Below, piece by piece: positions 18,321 through 26,900 of a stretch of 64,000 nt of DNA; position 1 is the stretch's first letter, and every line of letters starts with the position of its first letter. The stretch covers positions 50,106 through 114,105 of the forward strand of contig JAZOMX010000020.1 of NCBI GenBank assembly GCA_045654245.1, given 5' to 3'. The notes beneath the pieces were generated by a model. It was not told the origin of the DNA. It was given only the letters and a program-made list of their open reading frames with translations, and did no database searches. Position numbers and translations under genes: made by a program. Source of the DNA: Pumilibacteraceae bacterium. GTDB taxonomy: Bacteria; Bacillota; Clostridia; Christensenellales; Pumilibacteraceae.

Positions 18321-18511
18321 TCATTTTTACTTTGCCCAACGACTTTGCTACACAAGTCGCTTAATTGCGCTGTGAGCGTCCCCGTTCCACAACCCAAATC
18401 CAAGATGGTTTGCTTATTATTCTTGGGGATAAACTCCAACAATCCTTTTCCATATTCAGCCACAAAATCGTGTTTATTATCATATAACAATGAATTCCAT
18501 TCCACAGTCAT
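18296..18511 (-). pseudogene. Truncated class I SAM-dependent methyltransferase (N-terminal 60 aa only)
   Basis: 71 aa. Motif I ILDLGCGTG is present, then the frame runs into the hairpin at 18291-18320. Full-length family members are about 200-270 aa. Confidence 0.7.
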
Positions 18512-18595
18512 TTACCTCGTCAAGTTCTTTTTTATCAGCGAATTTATTATATCGCAAAATCAAATTTAATTCAAGCGGTTTTGCGCAAATAAAAG

Positions 18596-18680
18596 AAAAC
18601 TCGACTTTATAAAAAGTCGAGTTTTGCTATTTGTTCAATTAAAATTTCTAACGACAACTCGCATAAAAAGTCGAGTTTTT
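18596..18680. terminator. Two tandem terminator hairpins sharing the 17-nt repeat ataaaaagtcgagtttt
   Basis: Hairpin 1 is aaaactcgact/agtcgagtttt (18596-18625). Hairpin 2 is aactcg/cgagtt (18656-18677). Repeat copies lie at 18609-18625 and 18663-18679. Confidence 0.7.
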
Positions 18681-20581
18681 TAGTCCTTTTGGGGGAAAAG
18701 TTTTGTTGAAGTGATTTCGCCTTTTATGAGTTTTTCCGCCTCGGCAAGGTAAACCTCGGTTTTTTCTCTTCGATAGAAAGTTACGAGCCCAACCTTTTTA
18801 CATAGCGCGCGAAGATGATTAACGAGGGCTAATCCCTCTTCTCGTCCGATTTCCTTGGTAAAACAGAGGAGTAATACGAACTTATAAAATAGCGTTAGGG
18901 TTTCCACTCTTTTTACTACTTTTTCTCTCGTCTGCTCGTCCTCGATTGCGTTTGCTTTTGCTAGCGCTCTATCTAATATTTCCTTAAACGAGCACATTTC
19001 GTCTATCGTGAAATACTCTTTATACAGCGCAGCGCCCTTACAAGTCGCCTCTACGCCCCAACCACGCTCTACCATAATATCGTAATATTTTTCGTGGGCG
19101 TGGAGGTATTCTTCCACCTCGGGGCAAGCGTCCTTGTAATAGTTTTCGTTAAACTCGTGGATTAGGTCGTCGTAACGCTCTTTTCCGTTCCAGTGAATTC
19201 TAGCACGAGCAAAGTCGTCCATAACGATAAAGGGCGAGCCTGCCGTAAACGGTTGAGCCTGGTTAAACACTTCCATCGCGTTTATTTGCATATACAAATC
19301 GTTATTCGCTTGAGCAGTTAGCGTAGTTGGATAGAAGAAAGTTTGCGTGCAAAAATCCTGGCGATAATCCCAAATCATAAAGTTTTTAGTAATCTTTTGC
19401 CAGCCTAAAATCGACTTTCTACTTACCGCGTTATGCTCTTCGTTCAAAAGCGGATACATATAGTTTGCGTACATAGGCGCATACTGAATAATTACGTTAT
19501 CACGAGCAATTACGCTCTCGTCAATCGGATAATACTCGCCGTCACGCTCGACAACGGGGGCGTCGAAAATCATACGATACGCAAAGCCGATTACGTAAAT
19601 CACTCTATCGGGAGCATTTTCTTGTCGCCACTTTTCCACAGAGTCGGCTACCTTATTTACAAACCGCATAGCAAGTCCACTCTTAGTGTACTTTGCAACT
19701 TCTTCACGGCACTTTTCACACTCGCAAAACGCATCGTTGTCGCTCATACCAAGCATAAAGAACATTTTGTCTTTTTGCGGAATTATAAATCTGTTTATTA
19801 GATTGTTAATAAAAGTATCGTAAAACTCGTCGTCGTATAAGCCTCTACTGTAACAGATTTGCGGATACGCTTTCGGTGAGGGTGGCGTATGACTAGCGTG
19901 TTCGGGATGCCAAATATACCACTCGGGGTACACCTCGCCGTACTCTTTATAGTCCACGATTTGAAGTGCGTAACTTTGGTCGTGGAGTGTTGCCCAAGGC
20001 GTACCCTCGCCGTGCTTTGGCTCTCGAACAGCGTATTCTCCGTTCACTCGTAGCCTAAACGCGTGGTCGATATCAGATACCGAATAATAAGACTTAGCGT
20101 TTCTGCCGAAGAAAGTAGGAATATCTTTAATATGAAATTCCTTATTTACCGCGCTCTTATCTACTTTTATCTCGTCGGATGCGTAATAACGATATCCTGC
20201 GATATACTCCATAAATCCGTACACGCCGAAACAAGTTCCCGTATCGCCTACGCCCTTAATTACGTAGGTGTTCCCTACGCTTTCAATAATAAAGCCGTCG
20301 AACTTAAACTCGCTAGAGAGTAGTTTTATTCCTAGCGAGGCAAAATATACGGTGTTTCCTAGCGATATGTATTTATCATTCTCGTTTACCGTAACGCCTT
20401 CGTCGGTTACCGTTTCAATCTCTACTCCCGCAAACGAGAAAATTCTTGTTAATTCTTCGCTTGCATACTTTTCCGAAACGGTTGCGTTTTTTGAAATTAG
20501 TATTTTATATTCGGTTGTTCCATCACGGTATAAATAGCCGTCTTTAGCGGTAATCGTTCCCGTGTAGCCGTTTAATCTCAT
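18680..20581 (-). CDS. DUF4838-like putative glycoside hydrolase, paralog A (cytoplasmic)
   Basis: 633 aa with no signal peptide. Family assignment is from memory of DUF4838 architecture (N-terminal alpha/beta domain, TIM-like core, FCECEKC Cys motif). About 85-90% identical to the 21434-23344 product. Confidence 0.55.
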   Translation of the reverse strand: MRLNGYTGTITAKDGYLYRDGTTEYKILISKNATVSEKYASEELTRIFSFAGVEIETVTDEGVTVNENDKYISLGNTVYFASLGIKLLSSEFKFDGFIIESVGNTYVIKGVGDTGTCFGVYGFMEYIAGYRYYASDEIKVDKSAVNKEFHIKDIPTFFGRNAKSYYSVSDIDHAFRLRVNGEYAVREPKHGEGTPWATLHDQSYALQIVDYKEYGEVYPEWYIWHPEHASHTPPSPKAYPQICYSRGLYDDEFYDTFINNLINRFIIPQKDKMFFMLGMSDNDAFCECEKCREEVAKYTKSGLAMRFVNKVADSVEKWRQENAPDRVIYVIGFAYRMIFDAPVVERDGEYYPIDESVIARDNVIIQYAPMYANYMYPLLNEEHNAVSRKSILGWQKITKNFMIWDYRQDFCTQTFFYPTTLTAQANNDLYMQINAMEVFNQAQPFTAGSPFIVMDDFARARIHWNGKERYDDLIHEFNENYYKDACPEVEEYLHAHEKYYDIMVERGWGVEATCKGAALYKEYFTIDEMCSFKEILDRALAKANAIEDEQTREKVVKRVETLTLFYKFVLLLCFTKEIGREEGLALVNHLRALCKKVGLVTFYRREKTEVYLAEAEKLIKGEITSTKLFPQKD

Positions 20582-20596
20582 AAATTTTACCCTAAT

Positions 20597-21409
20597 TTAT
20601 AAACTTCTTAAAAAACTATCCGAAAAATCAAACCAAGTTTTCGCCTTAGAAAATCCGTCTTTAACCTCTAGGTATGTTCTTTCGTCGCAAGTAGCAAGCC
20701 CGTGAGGTCCAACGGGATACATATGGCACTCGTAAGGCACCTTGTTCTTTTGGAGCGCCATAGCGTAAACTAGCGTTGCCATAGGGTCAACGACTCCGTC
20801 GGTTGCGGTCGCCCAAATAAAGCACGGGGGATGAGCCTCCGTTACTCTCTTTTCGAGCGAGAGTTCTTCCGCCTCTTTACAATCTACGCTCTCAATTCCA
20901 AGCAAGTTCATAAAACTTCCCTTGTGGGAATTAGGCGTAATTACGGGGTACGATAGCACTACTGCGCTTGGGCGAGCGTCGAGTTTAACTCCGCCCACTA
21001 CGGGTACGGGTAGATTATCGCACTCAACGGCAAGGTCAGCGGTAAGGTGTCCGCCTGCGGAAAATCCCACTACGAAAATCTTATTTTTGTCGATATGTAG
21101 TTCGTCTGCGTTCTTTTTTACGAAGTCAACGAGGCACGCAAGTTGGGTAAGCGCCGTTGGATAACGATAAGGCGCAATCGCATAGTTTAAGACGAAGGCG
21201 TTGTAGTGACGAATATAATACTCGGTTGCAATCGGGTCAGCCTCTCGTCCCGAAACAACGGCGTATCCACCACCCGGAACTACTATCATAGCAGGCAATT
21301 TTTCGTTAAACTTCGTCATCTCCCCGTCTTGGTCGTGAAGTAACATTTTTACGGGTGTAGCAACCCCTAGTTCGTAAATCTCGTTTAAATCAATCTTTTT
21401 AATATCCAT
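20597..21409 (-). CDS. Alpha/beta-hydrolase fold esterase (acetyl-esterase-like)
   Basis: 270 aa. Oxyanion region VVPGGGY, nucleophile elbow GFSAGGH and C-terminal HG. Confidence 0.8.
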   Translation of the reverse strand: MDIKKIDLNEIYELGVATPVKMLLHDQDGEMTKFNEKLPAMIVVPGGGYAVVSGREADPIATEYYIRHYNAFVLNYAIAPYRYPTALTQLACLVDFVKKNADELHIDKNKIFVVGFSAGGHLTADLAVECDNLPVPVVGGVKLDARPSAVVLSYPVITPNSHKGSFMNLLGIESVDCKEAEELSLEKRVTEAHPPCFIWATATDGVVDPMATLVYAMALQKNKVPYECHMYPVGPHGLATCDERTYLEVKDGFSKAKTWFDFSDSFLRSL

Positions 21410-21433
21410 AATTACTCCTTATAAAACTATGCC

Positions 21434-23344
21434 CTATGCGGGGTAATATCCCTTATATGGGAATAGGTCGGACTGTTCAATTTCGCCATTAAGAATTTTT
21501 TCAGCGTCGGAGAGGTACTTTTCGGTGGGTATTCTTCTCAAGAAAGTTTCTAATCCCGCCTCGCTACTAATTCTGCGTAGTTCTGGAATAAGCGCTTTCG
21601 CCTCGCTTTCAGGGATTTCCTTGGTAAAGCAAAGTAGCAATACGAACTTATAAAATAGCGTTAGCGTTTCTACTCTTTTTACTACCTTTGCTCTCGTTTG
21701 CTCGTCAGAAATTCCGTTAGCCTTATCTAACGCTCTATCCAAGATTTCCTTAAACGCATACATTTCTTCTTTCGTGTAATATTCTTTGCGTATCGACGCT
21801 CTACTTCCGATTGCAGTCGTCCAACCACGCTCTACCATAACGTCGTAGTATTTTTCGTGGGCGTGGAGGTATTCTTCTACCTCGGGGCAAGCGTCCTTGT
21901 AATAGTTTTCGTTAAACTCGTGGATTAGTTCGTCATAACGCTCTTTGCCGTTCCAGTGAATTCTAGCGCGCGCAAAGTCATCCATAATCATAAAGGGCGA
22001 GCCTGCCGTAAGCGGGTGAGCCTGATGTAGTATCTCGATAACGTTGATATCCATATACAAGTCAAGGTTTGCTTGGGCGGATACCGTAGTGGGATAGAAG
22101 AAAGTTTGCGTTCCGAAATCTTGGCGGTAATCCCAAATCATAAAGTTTTTAGTAATCTTTTGCCAGCCTAAAATCGACTTTCTACTTACTGCGTTATGCT
22201 CTTCGTCCAAAAGCGGATACATATAGTTCGCTCTTATCGGCGCATACTGAATAATTACGTTGTCTCTAGCAATTACGCTCTCGTCAATCGGGTAATACTC
22301 GCCGTCACGCTCGATAACGGGCGCGTCAAAAATCGTTAAGTACGCAAAACCGATTACGAAAATTACTCTGTCGGGAGCGTTTTCCTTTCTCCACTTTTCC
22401 ACCGAATCGGCCACCTTATTTACGAACCTCATAGCAAGTCCGCTACGAGTATACTTTGCAACCTCTTCGTTACATTTTTCGCACTCGCAAAATACGTTAT
22501 TGTCGCTCATACCAAGCATAAAGAACATTTTGTCCTTTTGCGGAATTATAAATCTGTTTATGAGGTTATTGATAAAAGTATCGTAAAACTCGTCGTCGTA
22601 TAAGCCTCTACTATAACAAATTTGCGGATACGCTATCGGTGACGGTGGCGTATGGCTTGCGTGTTCGGGGTGCCAAACATACCACTCGGGATGAGTCTCG
22701 CCATACTCTTTATAGTCCACGATTTGAAGCGCGTAACTTTGGTCGTGAAGCGTTGACCAAGGACAACCCTCGCCGTGCTTTGGCTCTCGCTTAGAATACT
22801 CGCCGTTAACTCTTAGTCTAAATCCGTTATCTACGTCACAATGCGTATAGTACGAATAGGTATCTCTACCGAAGAAAGTGGGAATATCTTTAATGTGGAA
22901 TTCCTTATTTCCAGCGCTCTTTTCCACTTTAATCTCGTCGGGAGCGTAATAGCGATATCCTGCGATATACTCCATAAATCCGTACGCACCGAAACAAGTT
23001 CCCGTGTCGCCCACGCCCTTAATAACGTAGGTGTTTCCTACGCTTTCAATAATAAAACCGTCGAACTTAAACTCACTAGAGAGTAGTTTTACTCCAAGCG
23101 AGGCAAAATATACGGTGTTACCTAGCGATATGTATTTATCCGTCTCGTTTACCGTAACGCCCTCGTCGGTAACCGTTTCAATCGTTACTCCCGCTAGCGA
23201 GAAAATTCTCGTTAGTTCCTCGCTTGCGTATTTTTCCGAAACGGTAGCGTTCTTTGGAATTAGTATCTTGTATTCGGTTACTCCGTCACGGTATAAAAAG
23301 CCGTCTTTATCGGTAATCGTTCCCTTGTATCCGTTTAATTTCAT
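21434..23344 (-). CDS. DUF4838-like putative glycoside hydrolase, paralog B (cytoplasmic)
   Basis: 636 aa. Colinear with paralog A. Shares an identical run of more than 60 nt (19365-19427 vs about 22128-22190). Confidence 0.55.
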   Translation of the reverse strand: MKLNGYKGTITDKDGFLYRDGVTEYKILIPKNATVSEKYASEELTRIFSLAGVTIETVTDEGVTVNETDKYISLGNTVYFASLGVKLLSSEFKFDGFIIESVGNTYVIKGVGDTGTCFGAYGFMEYIAGYRYYAPDEIKVEKSAGNKEFHIKDIPTFFGRDTYSYYTHCDVDNGFRLRVNGEYSKREPKHGEGCPWSTLHDQSYALQIVDYKEYGETHPEWYVWHPEHASHTPPSPIAYPQICYSRGLYDDEFYDTFINNLINRFIIPQKDKMFFMLGMSDNNVFCECEKCNEEVAKYTRSGLAMRFVNKVADSVEKWRKENAPDRVIFVIGFAYLTIFDAPVIERDGEYYPIDESVIARDNVIIQYAPIRANYMYPLLDEEHNAVSRKSILGWQKITKNFMIWDYRQDFGTQTFFYPTTVSAQANLDLYMDINVIEILHQAHPLTAGSPFMIMDDFARARIHWNGKERYDELIHEFNENYYKDACPEVEEYLHAHEKYYDVMVERGWTTAIGSRASIRKEYYTKEEMYAFKEILDRALDKANGISDEQTRAKVVKRVETLTLFYKFVLLLCFTKEIPESEAKALIPELRRISSEAGLETFLRRIPTEKYLSDAEKILNGEIEQSDLFPYKGYYPA

Positions 23345-23357
23345 AAGTTTCTCCTTT

Positions 23358-23906
23358 TTATATAATTACTACGCTCGATTGTTTTGGAGCGGAAAGTTTT
23401 GTGTTACCATCGGGATATCCTAGCGCACAACAGCCGTAAACTTCGTAGCCGTCCTTAATCCCCCACTCTTTTAGCAGTTCGGCAATCTTAGGCAAAGACG
23501 CTTTACCCGAAAGTTGATTTATCCAACAAGAGCCAAGGTCAACGTCAAGGCTTGCTAAAAACATATTTTGTAGCGCCGTTGCACAGTCTTCGGCAGGGCG
23601 TAATCCGTCTGCCTTAGCGCACGCCAAAATAAGCACGGGAGCGGAATAGAAAAAGTCGAATTTTCCTCCCGTTCTGCCCTTAATTCTCGCTATCGTAGCC
23701 TCGTCCGAAATACTTTCTATTACCTCGTTAAGACGGGCTAGTTCTTCTTTTTTCGTAACCGCAATAAACTGGCGGTCCTGATTGTTCATAGCGCTAGGCG
23801 CATAGTTACCAGCCGAGAGCACATACTCTAGTTTTTGTTTCTCAACGGGCGTTTCTTTGTACTTCCTTACGCTACGACGAGCGAAAAGCGCTTTACTTAC
23901 TTGCAT
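23358..23906 (-). CDS. Nitroreductase family flavoprotein
   Basis: Start moved to ATG 23906, where AGGAGG lies 7 nt upstream; the longer ORF would overlap the upstream gene. RRSVRKY and PSAMNNQ motifs. Confidence 0.8.
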   Translation of the reverse strand: MQVSKALFARRSVRKYKETPVEKQKLEYVLSAGNYAPSAMNNQDRQFIAVTKKEELARLNEVIESISDEATIARIKGRTGGKFDFFYSAPVLILACAKADGLRPAEDCATALQNMFLASLDVDLGSCWINQLSGKASLPKIAELLKEWGIKDGYEVYGCCALGYPDGNTKLSAPKQSSVVII

Positions 23907-23916
23907 AATTTTCCTC

Positions 23917-24108
23917 CTATTTACAACCCTTACAGGTTGCGCAATTTCCACTACATTTTTTGGGTTTTTGTGCGTTAACCCACATTTTACCGCTATAATT
24001 TTGTTCCGTTTTCTTTCCGCACTTTGGACAAGGCGGATATTCTCCTAGGCGGACGAGTTCCTCGAACTCGTACCCGCACTCTTTACACTTTAGTTCAATA
24101 AGTGGCAT
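23917..24108 (-). CDS. FmdB-family zinc-ribbon protein
   Basis: 63 aa. CKECGYEFE...CPKCG plus a C-terminal CSGNCATCKGC. Confidence 0.8.
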   Translation of the reverse strand: MPLIELKCKECGYEFEELVRLGEYPPCPKCGKKTEQNYSGKMWVNAQKPKKCSGNCATCKGCK

Positions 24109-24115
24109 ATTCTCC

Positions 24116-24973
24116 TCACTTTTTCCTAAGTATCGTTTGAGCGCAAATCGCTCCGTCGGAAGTTGCAGTTACTATTTGGCGCAAACTCTTCTTTACTATA
24201 TCGCCAACGGCGTAAATTCCCTCTTGCGTCGTACTCATATCGGACGATACGAGAATATATCCGTCAGCATCAGTTTCTACTTTGCCAGCTAGAAGGTGCG
24301 TAAGCGGACGGTATCCAACGGATATAAACAGTCCGTCCACGCTTATTTCTTTTTCTCCGTCCGTCACGGCAATCTTGATGGCTGAAAGTGGCTTTCCTAT
24401 AAGCGAAACTACCGTTCCATCAATCTTTTCCGAGCCCTCTACCTCTTCGCCAGAAGTGATAAAGTAAGTCTTTTTAGCAATATCTCGAAGGTACAATACG
24501 CTCTCACGCGCCTTGTCGCCCTTGCCTACTACCGCTACGGTCTTGCCCTTAAAAAATCCTCCGTCACAAGTAGCGCAATAACTTACTCCACTACCCACCA
24601 GTTCGTCCTCTCGAGCAAGTCCAAGCGATTTAGCCTTGCATCCGCTTGCAAGCACGATTGATTTTGCGCTCTCGGTCTTACCCGAGGCGAAGATAACCTC
24701 TTTTTTATCGGTATCAATGCTTACCACCTCGTCGTATTCAAACTCTGCGCCAAACGAGGACGCTTGTTTCATCATAGCGTCGATAAGGTCAAACCCCGTA
24801 ACTGAAACCTGTCCAGGATAATTAACTATATTTTCGATAATGCCTGCTTGTCCACCGTAAGGTAGTTTTTCGGCAACGAGCACCCTCTTGCCTGCTCTAG
24901 CGAGGTAAATTGCGGTAGTAAGTCCGCCCGGGCCCGCTCCGATTACGATAGTATCGTACATTGTTTTCTCCAC
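24116..24973 (-). CDS. Thioredoxin-reductase-like flavoprotein lacking the NADPH 2'-phosphate motif
   Basis: 285 aa. FAD motif VIGAGPGG and redox CATC are present. GKGDKA replaces GGGxSA, and there is no HRRxxxR (reads FITSGEEVEG). Confidence 0.75.
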   Translation of the reverse strand: MEKTMYDTIVIGAGPGGLTTAIYLARAGKRVLVAEKLPYGGQAGIIENIVNYPGQVSVTGFDLIDAMMKQASSFGAEFEYDEVVSIDTDKKEVIFASGKTESAKSIVLASGCKAKSLGLAREDELVGSGVSYCATCDGGFFKGKTVAVVGKGDKARESVLYLRDIAKKTYFITSGEEVEGSEKIDGTVVSLIGKPLSAIKIAVTDGEKEISVDGLFISVGYRPLTHLLAGKVETDADGYILVSSDMSTTQEGIYAVGDIVKKSLRQIVTATSDGAICAQTILRKK

Positions 24974-24975
24974 TA

Positions 24976-26793
24976 TTAATTAGTCTTTTTGTAAGTAGGG
25001 CCGTAAGCCTTGCACGCTCTAAAATCCGCGCCTTCTTTATCTTTCGTTCCAAATGCGTTCCAGCAAGCCGGACGGAAAATATCCTCGTCGGGAACGTTGT
25101 GCATTGATACGGGAATACGGAGCATAGAGCATAGCGTAATAAGGTCTGCGCCGATATGTCCGTAACTGATTGCGCCGTGGTTTGCGCCCCAGTTATTCAT
25201 AACCTCATAAGCGGTCTTAAACGCGCTACCGTCTTTGCCGTCGCAACGAGGAGCAAACCAAGTGCAAGGCCAAGTGTAGTCCGTTCTCTTCCAAAGCGTA
25301 TCAGATACTTTTTCGGGTAGAGCCACCGTCCAACCCTCGGCAATCTGCATCACGGGGCCAAGTCCTTTGACAAGGTTAAGTCGTATCATAGTAACGGGCA
25401 TTTCATACTTCGTTTCAAATCTCGACGAGTATCCGCCACCTCTAAAATAACCGTTGTCGGCAGGCGCCCACTCGGTTGCGTCCATAATCGCCTTTTGGTC
25501 AGCCTCGGTAACTTCCCACCACTTCTTAATTAGGTGATTTCCGCTTTCGTCAACCGCCTCTCCGCTAGCGTCAAGACACGCTGCACCAGAGTTAATAAGG
25601 TGAATAATACCCCTAGCATCTTTCGCCTTGCCCTCTAGGTCATAGTCGGTAACACGCTTAACACTACTATCCGACCAAAAAGTTCTCACGTCTGCAAAAA
25701 TTTGCGCGCGACCGGTAAGAAGTTTCATAAACAACATACCAAGTCCGTTTAGTACGTCGTTTTCGGTAGCGAGAATATACGGTTCTCTTACTCCCTCCCA
25801 GTCAAACGAGGTGTTTAGTATTGACTCGCCGAAATCACAGTTAGGTTTCCAGTCCGTCCATTGACGCTGACCTTGAAATCCCGCCGCAATTGCGTTATGT
25901 CCAACCGCCTCTTCCTCACAGCCTTTGGGCAAATGGTCGTTTCCACGCATAAGGTCTTTAATGATAATCGCCATTTTAGCGAGGAACTTCCAGTCTTCCG
26001 CCTTTTGCTTGTCGCTACGGCGAATAAACTCTGGATTTTTGTCGAATCCCATTTTGCAGTACTTTTCAATCCACTCCATAGCAGACTTATAGTCCTTTTT
26101 AGAGTAAATTCCCTCGTCCATACGGCGAAGAATTTCCACTTCGTCAACCGACTCTACTCTCATACCGAGGTAGTCCTCGATAAAATGGCTATCGATAATC
26201 GAACCGCCTATTCCCATAGTTACCGAGCCGATTTGCAAGTACGACTTTCCACGCATAGAAGCAGTTGCAACCGCCGAACGCATAAAGCGTAAAATCTTTT
26301 CTTTTACGTCGTCGGTTAGTCCGCTATCCGTAGCGTCGCAAACTTCGTGTCCGTAAATGCCAAAAGCGGGTAACCCTTTTTGCGCGTGCGTAGCAAGTAC
26401 GGACGCAAGGTACACCGCTCCGGGGCGTTCGGTGCCGTTAAAGCCCCAAACCGCCTTAATCGTATCGGGGTTCATATCCATAGTCTCCGAACCGTAGCAC
26501 CAACACGGCGTTACGGTAAGAGTAATCGAAACTCCCTCTTTCTTAAATTTTTCCTCACAAGCAGCGGACTCTGCAACACGGCCTATCGTAGTATCTGCGA
26601 TAATAACTTTAGCAGGCGTTCCGTCGCTATAAAAAATGTTTTCTTCAATTAATTTTTTTGCCGAAAGGGCCATATTCATAGTTTGCTCTTCAAGCGATTC
26701 GCGCACCTTAAGCGCGCCCCTTCTTCCGTCAATCGTAGGACGAATTCCGATTACGGGATATCCGCCGATAAGTCTTGTTTTAGGCATAGTCAA
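24976..26793 (-). CDS. fucI: L-fucose isomerase
   Basis: 605 aa. IGIRPTIDGRRGALKVRESLEEQTMNMA, TPCWCYGSET and GANHG blocks match E. coli FucI along the whole length. Confidence 0.93.
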   Translation of the reverse strand: MTMPKTRLIGGYPVIGIRPTIDGRRGALKVRESLEEQTMNMALSAKKLIEENIFYSDGTPAKVIIADTTIGRVAESAACEEKFKKEGVSITLTVTPCWCYGSETMDMNPDTIKAVWGFNGTERPGAVYLASVLATHAQKGLPAFGIYGHEVCDATDSGLTDDVKEKILRFMRSAVATASMRGKSYLQIGSVTMGIGGSIIDSHFIEDYLGMRVESVDEVEILRRMDEGIYSKKDYKSAMEWIEKYCKMGFDKNPEFIRRSDKQKAEDWKFLAKMAIIIKDLMRGNDHLPKGCEEEAVGHNAIAAGFQGQRQWTDWKPNCDFGESILNTSFDWEGVREPYILATENDVLNGLGMLFMKLLTGRAQIFADVRTFWSDSSVKRVTDYDLEGKAKDARGIIHLINSGAACLDASGEAVDESGNHLIKKWWEVTEADQKAIMDATEWAPADNGYFRGGGYSSRFETKYEMPVTMIRLNLVKGLGPVMQIAEGWTVALPEKVSDTLWKRTDYTWPCTWFAPRCDGKDGSAFKTAYEVMNNWGANHGAISYGHIGADLITLCSMLRIPVSMHNVPDEDIFRPACWNAFGTKDKEGADFRACKAYGPTYKKTN

Positions 26794-26816
26794 GTCTCCT
26801 AAATCATATTGATTTT

Positions 26817-26845
26817 ATTGTACCACAACTATTTGACTTTTTCAA
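26817..26845 (-). promoter_or_regulatory. SigA-type promoter upstream of fucI (TTGAAA-17-TGgTACAAT)
   Basis: Minus strand has TTGAAA at 26845-26840, a 17-nt spacer and TACAAT at 26822-26817 with an upstream TG. Confidence 0.6.
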
Positions 26846-26900
26846 TACTTTTTCCGAAAAATTATCCCTTTTTTTGCGCAAGTTTACTTCGTAAAAACTG

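Noticed and set aside
18609-18679. Direct repeats that could be a mini CRISPR-like array
   Set aside because: There are only two copies of a 17-nt unit, each forming a terminator hairpin arm. There are no cas genes and no regular spacer structure.
23907-23951. N-terminal extensions proposed by the ORF track (also 28904-28945, 42751-42765, 55818-55868, 59429-59452, 62135-62212, 17726-17755)
   Set aside because: Each longer form overlaps the preceding gene or lacks an RBS. An internal ATG, by contrast, has a proper Shine-Dalgarno or matches the family N-terminus.
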